Assembly: GCA_000002445.1 (NCBI GenBank)
Contig: CP000068.1
Span: 1,024,001 to 1,088,000, forward strand
From: Trypanosoma brucei
Lineage: Eukaryota
Reading direction: 5' to 3'
DNA length: 64,000 nucleotides
Below the pieces are notes generated by a model. The model searched no databases. It saw nothing but the letters and a program-made list of their open reading frames with translations, and was not told the origin of the DNA. Each line of letters begins with the position of its first letter. Positions within the stretch are counted from its first letter, which is position 1. This document shows, piece by piece, positions 21,101 through 32,300 of the stretch. The translations under genes were made by a program, and so were the position numbers.

Positions 21101-21954
21101 CACAGGGCGGCTTGTTTCTTCGTCAACGAGAATGCACCGATAGATGCTATCATGCGCCTTTTATCTACGTCACGAAGAGTAACGCACAGGCTAGAGACCA
21201 TTCCATCCTTTAATGGCATTGCATGATCCATTACGGGATTCGAAAAAGTATTGTTCGAGAAATACATGCTCCCTATCCCCTTCGCCATTCGTGTCATACG
21301 CAGGAAGGGAGTGAACCCCGAAAGGGTGACATAGTTGACTTCGACAACATCATGCAGGGACCCCATCACCGCCACAGAGGCCCGCGCCCATGGGGCGATT
21401 GCAAGTGCTATAGAGATAGCGTACACACAAGTCATGATAACAATCAGGGGGAACAGCACCCAGCAGCGCAGCGACACTCCCCTTGTGGGATTCGTGGTGG
21501 TTTGGTTCGAAACACGAGGCACTTCCTCCTCCATTGATCCTACCACTGATGCAGAACGGGAGTTGGCAGGATGTGTGACAACCTGCAACCCACGTCCAGT
21601 GTTGCAGTGAGTGTTGGGAGAATGATGGTCATATTTCATTGCATAGCCACTTCCAGGGCGTGGTGACCAGGGACCGATACCACCAAAACCAGGTAAGTGA
21701 ACCCCTCCCCCATGATGCCCCACAGCGGCCCCAACCAGCCCCGAGGACGGTAGCGGCTTCGCGTCGCTGCTAAACGGATGTTCGGTGCTCCTCGCGGTAT
21801 TACGGACAATCTCCGGTGCCGTTTCTCTACCATTACACTCCCTTGATGAGCATGGCGCTGCATTTCCTACGTTAAACCCGTCCCGCTTCGAGTGGTTGTT
21901 TTCCTTCTCGGTACTGAAGGAGTGACTATCCCCGAGGGAAGAAACATTGCGCAT
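18193..21954 (-). CDS. Receptor-like membrane protein, 1253 aa. Two predicted TM helices flank a ~330-aa ectodomain. A long cytosolic region follows, ending in a protein-kinase-like domain that is probably a pseudokinase. A divergent nucleotide-cyclase-like stretch may precede it.
   Basis: ATG verified (MRNVSS...). Hydrophobic segments: VLFPLIVIMTCVYAISIALAIAPW and YLGPIATYGGIAGLSSFVMYLIVIAACYYFVELCL. Kinase-like blocks: VWEYVPGGTLRDL (hinge), LACLHERGLVQGCLCPETVV (the HRDLKPEN position, with the catalytic Asp missing), and DMYALGLLVIEML (subdomain IX). The cyclase-like block ...YRVIVESGAF...GIVSGGGRSRYVLLCRNIYRRVGDAL is only a weak resemblance. Confidence 0.7.
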   Translation of the reverse strand: MRNVSSLGDSHSFSTEKENNHSKRDGFNVGNAAPCSSRECNGRETAPEIVRNTARSTEHPFSSDAKPLPSSGLVGAAVGHHGGGVHLPGFGGIGPWSPRPGSGYAMKYDHHSPNTHCNTGRGLQVVTHPANSRSASVVGSMEEEVPRVSNQTTTNPTRGVSLRCWVLFPLIVIMTCVYAISIALAIAPWARASVAVMGSLHDVVEVNYVTLSGFTPFLRMTRMAKGIGSMYFSNNTFSNPVMDHAMPLKDGMVSSLCVTLRDVDKRRMIASIGAFSLTKKQAALCIASKSNPGQYYGHVSEGGIMKDFYYMDPVTMEYQQPLKRYESTTSGLTITEYTERFHFDSVVRIWNESVREGREMKPSEYWVRPRFPPTYAAYVYPFFEREDDGTVGVGYIYVGMHTGKISVRWHKASDSGVRVMLVDPNNESGQFYVFANNWGQPLANVSDEWKSAFMGEPIRFLSPDDVSDPLMSKAIRYLDLQEAARGKNQRSWFMYGGLAAVASAHHIVTDSGVEMVVVVVTNPSYYLGPIATYGGIAGLSSFVMYLIVIAACYYFVELCLHRPLRSTEEKLRAGLVKSSDEEKQKVIALREVCELHGVCSVLRRRLNAVRTYMPDRAFDLSGAAASVSRSKDACASDPEAASSPRRYGEELKPVACSVAYVYYTPGRTRNPSDAVVELMMQIVVSAAAACGGCFEVQRPDYCIVSFGVQSMDREFAAEATRAVEFARQVATKLMARSEVSGAYRVIVESGAFPSGIVSGGGRSRYVLLCRNIYRRVGDALQSVGVAAAVTEETALLVRGHFRLLPFRSVFLEGEDGVCVTLYEVLSGDAGQPTWNEFEGHYNEAYDMMVRGNYVSALRLLDKAISVGSVTLSGESPSFMSLQPQRLRDECAARVGRRDRTPFVNQLLIVPDSLNSSATSLISSPPLLSGTGKTSGGSSSPCDGGSPRTPSVFVGENAASTLNGEIPRFLEDCHGNSWQRSIDPIHEGANSVGVAYMGMSATGVLALLKLYPLTELGERLTREELDVALDKVLQVGESVSLVQCLSYCHVPPHGVLLVWEYVPGGTLRDLKVRYGRKLPAATVKRHVTSLLRGLACLHERGLVQGCLCPETVVTCVGGHCRLTGVLLDAAPLLKHQMTYCVSPEEARGKPQSWMTDMYALGLLVIEMLNDDFPWRWTANAQISRSRNELLAVLSDHEALMESLREGLLEPVPPPEDADPTIQLVVSSCLRIDPAQRRDAVFLLQRVGGVVAVDA

Positions 21955-23311
21955 TGTCAGTGCTACCTCGGCCTACAAACTAAAAGAGTGTCCGCACGTT
22001 TATTTCTTCACTACACTCGACCAACCACTATATCACTTAAATTACGAAAAAAAAAAGAAAGAAAACGTGTTGAGTAAGTGGCAGGAACGTGCTTATCCCC
22101 TCGTGCTGGTAAGGAAGTTACTCACTTTGTGCTGCTGTTCGTTACTTTATTCACCTCGTTTTTTCATATGCTTTTAGTACACCTCTGATGATACTTGTGT
22201 TTGCTTGCCTCCACAGACTCGTTGTGCATATATAATAAGTTCCGTGCCCAAGGTGATGAAGATTGCATTCTCTGGGGTATTATTCACGTTGATACGGTCA
22301 TCAATAAATTTTATTTGTTGGTACAGATGACGCTTCGCTGTTAAGCATACCGGTGTTGGTTAGGCAGACACCAACTTTGGGATGAGGTTCAGCACGGCAT
22401 GCTGTGGTTGAAAAAATACCCACTCATCCCCGTTATTTAGTTGTGTTAACTTTCCAGCCCGCGATAACACACTCCCGCAAAAAAACTTGCGGGGTAGAGA
22501 GGCACTATAGATGCTTTAAAAACATATGGTGAAGAGAACGATTATGCAAGATAAAATTAGCAGCGGTATAGCCCGATGGTACGGCATACTGCTTACAATG
22601 TTCCTGTTCTTGCACGATTATGCGAAGATACGTACAAGAGTAAGCAGTTAACTGAGTGACGTACAATGGGTTTATTCGACAGCAACTTGAGACAGATGTT
22701 TTCGACCTTCGGTCGCTCGCTCCCGCAAGTGGTGTACCTTTTGTGGACAGAGTAGTCAGCGTCGTACCTACCCCACTTTCAAAGGGAGAAAATAGTAGTG
22801 GAAACGAAACGATAAACAAACATGGTTTTGTAAATTTTGCACAAAAAGTAAACCCGATCATCGAAAACGTTTTAAAGTTAAGGATTTAGCTTACAATAAG
22901 AAAGCGGCGAAAGCATCTCTAACCCGCCTCCCGCGCGAAGTGGAGAGGGTTGTCACTGGGTGGGTTTTCAAAACTTACCTCCCTCATCATTGCGTGTGTG
23001 ATGATATAAAAGAGAAAACATAAAGATTATAAAACTGTGGTAAGATATCACCGTTTCTTTCAGAAGCTCACACATTGTCAGTGGCATTGAACAAAAACAA
23101 AAGGGTTAAAGCGAAACTTTAAAAAAAAAAGAGGTAAACGCGATAGTACATGAGTTAGTGTGAGGAAAGAATGTCTGACCTCCGAAAGACTAAGGAGCAC
23201 ATAAACTCTCACTTTATACAGTTCGCGGGCTTCACAGTTTTATCGCCACCCTATCGTTCAATGCCCCAAAACAGTCTTCACACAGAAAGATATCCCTTCA
23301 ACAGCATTTGT

Positions 23312-26300
23312 TTATTGCGGACGAATTTTCATCATCACTGCAAAAGTGGACGGCGATAGACTAGAATGAGCTTTTCCATTACGTGCGTCGCTATCAGAGG
23401 CGATGAGGCTTCTTTTCACAAATAATTTATGCTCTTCAAGCAGGTGCAGGGCCAGACGCCAGAACCCCAGGGGTATGTTGTTACTGCGCTCTGTATTCAC
23501 TACATGCTGCCTTTGCCATAGTTGATGTGCCGTGTACACTGTCCTAACCAGGCGTTCAAGAAGAAAACCGTCAACAACCACATGCTGTGAGAGGAGCTTC
23601 TCGGTGTCTATATCATCCGCGTTAACCGATGTGTCGAACCCACTTTCTCTCTTAGGAGGGTTGGTAAGGGCTTGCAAGGTTCGCCTCAGTGGTTGCTGGC
23701 CAGGCGCACCGACTCGTGCGACATATTTGCAAGCCGAGCTCCACTGCCCACACCGGCAAAGAATTTCCAACAGTGTCACGAATGGAACAGAGAGGTCGGC
23801 TTTCGGACGTGCGTTAAGAAAGAAAACACCAAAAAGTTGTAATGACTTTTCCCAGAGAAGCAGATCGTTGTCGCAACTGCGTGTGGAAGTTGGCTCGCCG
23901 TTTACTTCACCCAACCGTTCTTCCCACGACAGTCCTCTGCCCTGACCCCAATCCCCTTTATCTTCAAATTCGTTGCAATCTTCGGCACCTTCCCCGGAAC
24001 TGCATGGCAGCAACACCTCACCAAGCGTCAAACTCTCTTTCGGGGCAAAGCATAGACGAACAATATCAAAAGCCTTAGAAACATAATGAACTACAACCGC
24101 AGCTGTCACCCCCTCGACCTCCACGTCGGGACAAGCGCTTTTGTAAAAAAGATCCCACAAAACTGACTGCTCCGCGACGGTTAAAGCGAGCAAATAGCGC
24201 AGCGGTGGAGTAATAAGTTTATCATCCCGTGCGATTTGGCTCAGAACTTCAAGTGTTTGGGAGAGCCTCGTGGAACCACACCCCGCGACCGCTGCAGCAA
24301 ACACGCGGCACAACAACGACGATGAAATTGGAAGAGAACTGTGAAGCATCATCTGTTGCTTAATGACATGCGCCGCTGCAAGAGCAGTGTTGCGAAGTTC
24401 ACAAAGGGATTCTTGCGTGGGAATGACGGTTTGCACCAATTCGGGAATCTGGATACGGTCCCCGCCAATATTTTCACCCGAAGAGCGCATGCTCATTTGG
24501 AAAATGGACTGTGCATCTTCGCTGAAGGCATGACCTCCAAATGTCCGTGATAAGGCAATGGGTAGTAGTACCCTAACGTCACCTAAAAATTGCTGAGTAA
24601 CGGCAACAGCATGGGATTCATTACCCATAGTTTTTGGTGTCATAGACGCCTTTTCCGGCAACGTACATAGAATCAGCACTATTGACTCCACGAGACTAGG
24701 TTTGAAGCAATGAATGCGACTGAACTGGGTGGACCATTCCAGGAACGATGCGAACATCTGAATACCCTCCTGTGTCTCATCAGCTGAAGCACACCCTCCC
24801 TCTTGTGTAGCAAACCGTAGTTTCCATGCCGCATCCGTGATAAGGACAAGTAGTTCCTCGGAGGGAATAAAATAAGGCATTTCTCCCACCTCATATGCGT
24901 TCGTTTCTGAGCGTGGTAAGGAAGATATCTTCTGCCCGGTATTACGTCCGGTTCGTGCATAGGGGATTAACGTCATTGCTTTCGCATATTGTAGTATAAG
25001 TAAAGGAGGCACAGCAGCTCGTGAGAGTACATGTAGTAACCTCTCGACGTCTCGTACATCCGGTGTACTACCATCTTGAAGTTGAGAAAAGTACAAGAAC
25101 ATTACCGCATCAGCCATCTCAATAGGTTTCAAGCCTTTTCCGCGTTCTTCCAAAAGGAGGAATAATTTCCGATAATGGCTCCGTTGCAGCCGAACACCTG
25201 CAGCCCGCCTCTTTTCAACCAAAAAGACAAGTTTGGCACAATCAACTGACAATTTTTTTTCAACGGTTGAAAGGTATTCCAATTCTTGAAGTTCCATATC
25301 ATCCGCTAGCAGTTCTGCTTGCCGCTGTGCTACAAGCGGAGGACCACCCAGAAGTGACTCACAGATCACAAGGAATCGTAAGCCATGCCTCTGGTCCATA
25401 TTATTAATACACGCCACCTTCAAAAGTGACATCGCCTCCTCCGACAATCGAATGCCATGAGGACGCACCAGGGAATCGCACAGTGCTTTCATTGCATTCA
25501 ATCCCCTGTCACCCGTAAGACTTGCACAATGAAAGAGTGCATCAACAACATCCTGCCTCAGCATACCCTGCTGAGAAAGGTTACACCCCTTGCCAGTACT
25601 GAAGAAACAACGACGGAGCTCATTGTTGCTTGCTACCAAAGACAAGGCGTCACACCATAACCCTTTGAGCGCCTCCTGGCATCCGGTCACTGCGGGAACG
25701 GGACACTTTTGGAGCTTGTTGAGTATCACAAACGCGTCACGGATGCTAACCATCACGGCGTTAAGTACACTGGCGTGCCGTTGGTGTGGGGGCAATGCAT
25801 TTAGAACACACAAAAGCAGCAACCGCCACCGCTCAAGCGACGAAACAATATTGGCGGCTGAAATATTACCACGAGTGGTTGATGCGGTTCCTATGGGCGT
25901 TAGTGCGAGACAGCCAATCATGTGGCACCCCAGCTCCGTGTTACCCCAAAACGCTCCGATCCCCGATGTAGAAGAAACAGATTCTTTCTCCTGCAATCGT
26001 TCCAAAACATCCTCAACAAAATGATTAAGCATTTCAAGCTCGTTAAGCGTATTCTGCAAAAGCATTGGTAGATGCTTCTCGGAGGTCTCAGTGTTGACGA
26101 AGTTGATAGCCTGACGCTTCATGGAATGCAACCCAGAAAATAACAGTGATAAGGCTTCCGTGCAGATTGAGTCGGCAGTGCTCACGGAATCGCCCAACGG
26201 AACTGCTTCAGGTGAAAACAAAAACACATCGCGCGCTGCAGTAACAACAACTCCAAGGGACCCGCTAGCCACCATTAGGTTAACTAGCTGCGTTGCTTGC

Positions 26301-29300
26301 GCTGCCGTAACGCACGGCCGTCCGATATAGGATCTTGCAGAGACGTACGCTGCGAGGGCCGATAGCCAATCACTGCTTCCGCCGCCAGGTCTGGCGCGAA
26401 ATATCTCCCGATTGCGCCAAAAAAGTATCGTATTGCGCTGGTTTGTATCTGAAGGAGTTCTAGCAAGCAACTTATACTGTTCGTTGTTCGTGTACAGTGC
26501 CTCGTTATACGCAGCTGTGGAGCACAAGAAATCTAACCATTCATTCTTTTCTTCAGTGGGTGGACACAGCTTTACTTTTTGGTATTCACGCTGGAGCGCC
26601 CCGCAAAGCCGAGAAGTGGTGGTTGGGAACACGCCGGAAAGGATTTCCACTAGCAGCCGAGTCGCGGTGCGGTTCACGCAAAGCATACGCAATGCTGAGG
26701 AGGTAACACCCTCACTGTCATTCTCTATCTGATTGCCCTCTGCAGCTTCACAAGTGGAAAGTATTTCTTGCACAGTAGCTTCCAAAACACTCAGTGGTCC
26801 CTCCACAGTTTTCGGCACATCTCGTTGCACCCACCGAAGTGTCAACGCGAGTGGCTCAAAACAAACGGAATCATTTGTTTGTGCCCTCAGCCATGCCACG
26901 GCTATAAAAACCCCTGTCCACTGCGAGCGCTCGGAAAGTCCGCTAGGACAATTAGATGCGACTTCGAACGCGGTTACCGCTAATGTTAACGAATCCGCGG
27001 GGAGATTGCGAAAAATAACAACCCGTTCGTAGCACTGAATGTATGTTGTCGGTGCCGCGTACATGCATTCACTTCCGTCCTGCCCACCATGAAGCAACTC
27101 GTCATAGAAGTGTACGACGGCACTGTGATGGAACCGCCGTATCAAACTGACGCAGGCGTCGTGAGTCGCCCGAGATTGAAGTAACTGAGGCGCCTGTCTT
27201 GCAACAACAGCTGCGTCACCAGTTTGACCATTGCGCAGCAAGTCATGCAGGTGCCGTTCTTTCCTCGATAAGGTCCCGGAGGATTGCTCCCGTAGCATAT
27301 CATCCACAGTTTTACCAATAAGTGTGCCATTCAGAAGTGAGAGGATCACCCACGGCCCGTTGCTATCGGCAGAGATGGGGAAAACAACTGATGCTGCGTG
27401 TTCCAGCATCGCCAAAGTATCGCGTCCTCTAATTCGAGGGTTATCTGTTGTCTGCTGTGCTGCTTCCACAAACCTCAGCAAAGGTTCATATGCCTGTCGC
27501 TTGTACATCCGCTGCATTGTCGCGGTCACAAAGGCTGCCTTTGCTTCGCGCAAAATGATATAGGATTTGTCACCATTGTCTCTCTTTGGATCCGTCTTCT
27601 TCGTTACATCACTTGAGTTCGGCCGATGAAAGCTCAAAGATTGCAGGACAGCGAGGCCGTCTATCCATCCCAAATATGGGTGTTTCTGCAGTTTCTTCGT
27701 GAGGTCCGCAAGCATTTGGGCGCAGTTTAGGTGACGGACAGAACTGTTACACCCTCTACTAATGAGTTGTACGAAGGGTGGTTTAGCAGCAAGGAAGCGA
27801 AGAAATTCCACTAAGACTGCGATTGGGATGGAAGTCATGCTGCAAGCTCCAAGTACGTAGCGTAGCGTTTCCGATAGTGCCTCATCAACTGTACGAAAGT
27901 ATTGCAGAGTTGAGCCAGCAGAGACTGCGGGGAGGCGCTGCACTAGGTTAAGGGCGGGCACCCACTGATCTAATGGTTGCGCAATGTGGATGGTGCGAAG
28001 CGCAAGTTCGGTCGCGCGGCGGCAGTGCTCATTTCCACTTACAACACACCACATATTCTTTTCTGCAGTCCTGGTGATGGAAACAAGGGCTTCTTTCCAT
28101 AGGTGACGAATAGCGTTAACGCCCCTACTACGAAGCAAAAAAAGCTGCGTCATGATAACTATAAAAAAACGACACCGCAACCCCTCGACACCACACTCGT
28201 CGCTGTTGTCAGGCATGAAACGTAACGACCGGCGCCATGGCAGAAGCCTTATCTCTTCAGAACTAGCATGCATGGGAGAAGCGTACGCTTCCTTTTCCAA
28301 TGACTTCAGCAACCCTTCAGTGAGGCACACATGCGTACTTTGGTTTGGGGTTTTTCTGAAGATGAGGAGAGCGTCTAGCATTCGGCCAAGGCGAAGAAAT
28401 GGTGGGTCGTAGTGCGGTCTGTTATTCCTATAAAGGAGAAATAGCCTGCAACCACGATGAACAGATTTTAAAGAGTGATACTCTAAAAGAGACAAAGCAT
28501 CCTCGAGTGGCGCTCGTTCGACCCGGTCCGATTCCACAACGCACCGCCAAAGCAGGTGCTCCAACTCCACCTCTTCGATCTCTGACATACCAGAGATAGT
28601 GCGGCTCTTTGCAGAGAGCAATGCATATAACTCAGCCATCATCGCTACTGCCTCTGGGGTGTTTAGTGGAACGTACTGGAATCTACGCAAAATTAAGTCG
28701 AGGGTTGAACGACACAGCGCAGCACAGCTCTTAGAGACACGATATTTTTGCGCCTCGATCAACAAAACTAGCACCTTTTCCAGCATCATCGTTGTGACCA
28801 CCATGTAGGGGGCAACTGTAGCAAAAACCTGCAGGGCCGCACATATGGCACCGACGTCGCCGTTACCTGAGACGGCCGCATCAAGGATTTTGAATGTGAC
28901 ATCATGCGAAGGTACAACGGCGGCGCTCCACAGTGCTTTTTGCACAACAGTATATGTATCGGGGAATGCGGATAGTAGCGCAGAAAACTCTGCACCCTTC
29001 ATTTCCTCACCATCCAGAAGCAATATTTCTGGAGCGCCAGCGATCACATCACCACCGTTATGGCTTGCAAGTATTTCGTGCAGTTTATAGTGCAACCGAA
29101 CTTCTTGTCGCTGCCTTCTAGTGTCTTGCCTTTTCCACTTACCATTCAAAAAATCCAGCAACATTTCAACTGTTACAGCCTCATCCTGGGAAACTGCTGT
29201 CCGTCTTGGCCGCGACGCCAGAATAACCCTGCGAACGCCAGAACCAAATATCTTCTCCAACTCGCTCTCCACCTCACCTGTCACAATATCCACTTCCCTC

Positions 29301-32300
29301 AACGACAGTTGACCTCCGTCGTATAGTAGGAGAAAGTCTAAAAGCGCGGTGTATGCAGTATCAAGTGTTAATTGCCGTTTATCATGCCATCCCAGAGGAT
29401 TAACGAAACGAACTGATGCGACAAGGGCCCGTACATGAAACAATAACATGTCCTTTAAATCACAGGGTTGCCTCGACCTGCCAATCTCAACTCCCAAATT
29501 ATCAGGAAAGTTTGACCAACTGGAAGTTTTAACATCGTTAGCTACCAGTAGACGAGTGGCTTCGCGCCGCTGCTCTAGTTTTAGCAGCGACACCACGTGG
29601 TCAACAACGACGGTGCGCCGTTCTTCAAGGTCCTCGCGTACCACAAGCAACTGCGTGAGCGCAACCACTCCAGTTGTACTAACTGGTGCATAACCCGATA
29701 GGAATGAGTGCGCCCCGGAAGGCGGTTCAGAAATGCGACTTGTGCGTGGGAAAATAGCATCCACAAGGTTACGAATAACATCATATACTCCTATGTTGGC
29801 GTGGTCCGACCAATGACACGGTTCCCGTGACCATCGTTTGATAGCGAGAGAGGCAAATTGATCAACAACGAGTCCAGCGGCTGTTCCACGCACATATAGC
29901 GGAGCCGCCGTACTGTCCTCTACCTTCACTTGTGTGCTTCGCTCTGGTGACACCAAAGTGAAATAAGCAACTCCCCTCAAAATGTAACCCTGTAAAATGT
30001 CAAGCAAGCCGATGACGTCGAAAAGTCGTGCCTTCTCTCCACGAAAACGGGAAGATGCAGCGACACACTGTTCCATTAGCCAACAAATTGCTTTGGGGTG
30101 GCGAACTTGGCAAGCATCCACCTTCACTGAATTACTACAAAGAACCCCATCGACATACCGACGACAACGCGACAATTCCAACGACATAGGCGGCCACAGC
30201 GAAATCCACGTGGTATCATCACGTACTAATCGAATCGCCAAATTAATATGGTCATCAAAGAAAGAACTTTCACAAACTTGTACATGCCAATGTTTCTGCA
30301 GCCCAAGCTTGCGAATAGCAGCTCCCGCAACGTCGACACACCTTTTTCTAAACAGTGCTTCATCAAAATGTCCCTGCTTCTCTTCCCACTCACGATTCCG
30401 GCTACCACCACAAACAATAGCAGTGTGCGCAAACATCTCAGCAATAAGCTGCCGTTGTTGTTGGGTGCTATTCTTCGAAATTAATGATGAATCCCCACTA
30501 CGTCTTAGCGCACCCACTGCCAGAACGACAAATAACGCTGCTGTATTGTGATCGAGAGGGGCTTCCGCCACCCCTTCTACGTCAGTCGACTCCTGAAGGC
30601 CGCCAAACTCCACGCGACGGATGCACAAAACATTCCACATGCTGATCACAGCGTCTAACAGCGGTGGTGGGCCGTTGAGTCGTTTGAGAACCGCGTGAGC
30701 GACCTCCTGCATGCTGCGACAACATCCAGCAATAAACAAAAGCAACTCACGCTCCTCTTTCACAGGCCCCCCACTACTGAAAAGAGCATAAACGTATTGT
30801 AGACAACTGAAACCGCTACTCACGGCGAGGAGAGTGTCTTCAACAGTTACATCTGTTATATAGCCATCCCCACGCAGCACAGTCATTATGGTTTTACAGT
30901 CGTAGGGGAAAGGAATAACGAAATCTGACCCTTTTGACCCATTTGCACCCACTCTTTCCGACTGTTCTCGCCGAAGTTCCTTGGCCCAAGACATGCCAAA
31001 CAACGCCCGTGGAAAGTTCAGTGTAACTGAGCTAGCAGCAACTGTGGTGGCAGGCACGGTCGCCGAGTTCTCCACAGAGAAGGAGGTGGTGGGAGGTGTT
31101 TCCAACGCCATGGAGGGCGACACCAAAAGAGGTTGAGTCTCTTCACTTTGGAGCCGCCGTCCCAAAGCTGTTGTGGCCTTCAAAGTAGCGTAACTCCAAA
31201 TAATAAAGTGCTGAGTGTCATTACTTATAGCTTCCCACGGCCACAATGCAACGCAGTCGACTATCCACGAATCAAATGTATCACGATCCCGGCCCCGTTG
31301 CTTTTGGGGTGAAGTTCCGATCCCATGAGATAATGATGCCATACGTTCACAGGCTACAAACTGTACGGACGAATCACAACTCAAAAGTGTCCCCAAGACG
31401 CGTTGTCGGCCCTCTCTGTCGTGTTTTTGCCGTGCGTTTCCCAGCACTATAGATGCAGCCTGGAATATCTGTTGATGCCGACGCTGCACTAACAGGCGCA
31501 ACGGCGACGAATCGGGTCCCCGATATTGTGGGGGCGCAAGGCTGCTGCAATTAAAGTGAGCATTGAGGTCCGACGTAGCCCGCAACAGTTCGACATAGTC
31601 TTGCTGCAGACCGGAGTGATGTTTATCATCCCTACGCCCCTCCGAACAAGGTGACCCACAACGAACCTCAAGGAGCGTTTGAAGTGCCACACCCCGGGGC
31701 CACGGTCCACATGATTGGATGGCAACTGCTAGCCTTTCCCAGAGTTTCGCCTTACTAACTAGAACCTCATTTGCATCACTCACTTCTTTTCGCTGCGGCT
31801 GCGACAAAACCAATGAACAGCCACGCGCTGCGGCGAGTGCTAAGTCCCATCTGTTCGGTACGGTGGCACCCACTGCATTAATAACAGAAAACACCACCTC
31901 CTCCGCATGCAGACTAGTATACTCATCACGTTGCCTGTTGGTTACAAGCACACCGAGAACGAGAAGCTCCACCAAATTCTCACCCGAACAAATAATCATT
32001 CGCAGCAACTCGGATACCATGGTAATGCGCATCGCCGAAGGTAAGAAATAGAGAAGGAGCTGCTCAGCATTTGCGATAAATTGTGGTGTGAACGGAACCA
32101 GCGATTTCACAACGCGGTGGATCAAGGAGGGAGAAACGCCCAAGAAGATCAACCAGACGACCACAAGGACTGTCAAAAGAGATGCATCTCCCTGCAGCAA
32201 CTCCCTTGCTTTAGCATCAAATGGAAGAATCAATACAGCGTCCTGCAGAAAATTGTTCGGCATCGATATAGCTGATTCTAGCATTATCAGCGCGACAGCC

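Noticed and set aside
18193-21954. Calling the receptor-like protein a GRESAG4/ESAG4-type adenylate cyclase
   Set aside because: The architecture has two TMs, a short ectodomain and a C-terminal kinase-like domain. The canonical cyclase catalytic motifs are absent. It does not fit the trypanosome receptor cyclase family.
22183-22300. Two UGAUGA (C-box-like) hexamers ~65 nt apart on the plus strand, considered as a C/D snoRNA
   Set aside because: I found no CUGA D box at the expected distance and no terminal stem. It is also on the strand opposite to the transcription unit. It is unsupported without snoscan or Infernal.
22505-22861. 118-aa minus-strand ORF in the spacer between the giant gene and the receptor-like gene
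   Set aside because: It has a hydrophobic low-complexity N-terminus and no motif, and it overlaps a plus-strand ORF of similar quality. It is most likely non-coding UTR sequence.
29997-30551. 184-aa plus-strand ORF, plus many other 60-160-aa plus-strand ORFs between 23532 and 37559
   Set aside because: All are antisense shadows inside the giant minus-strand CDS. Their translations are Ser/Arg/Cys-rich and typical of a wrong frame.
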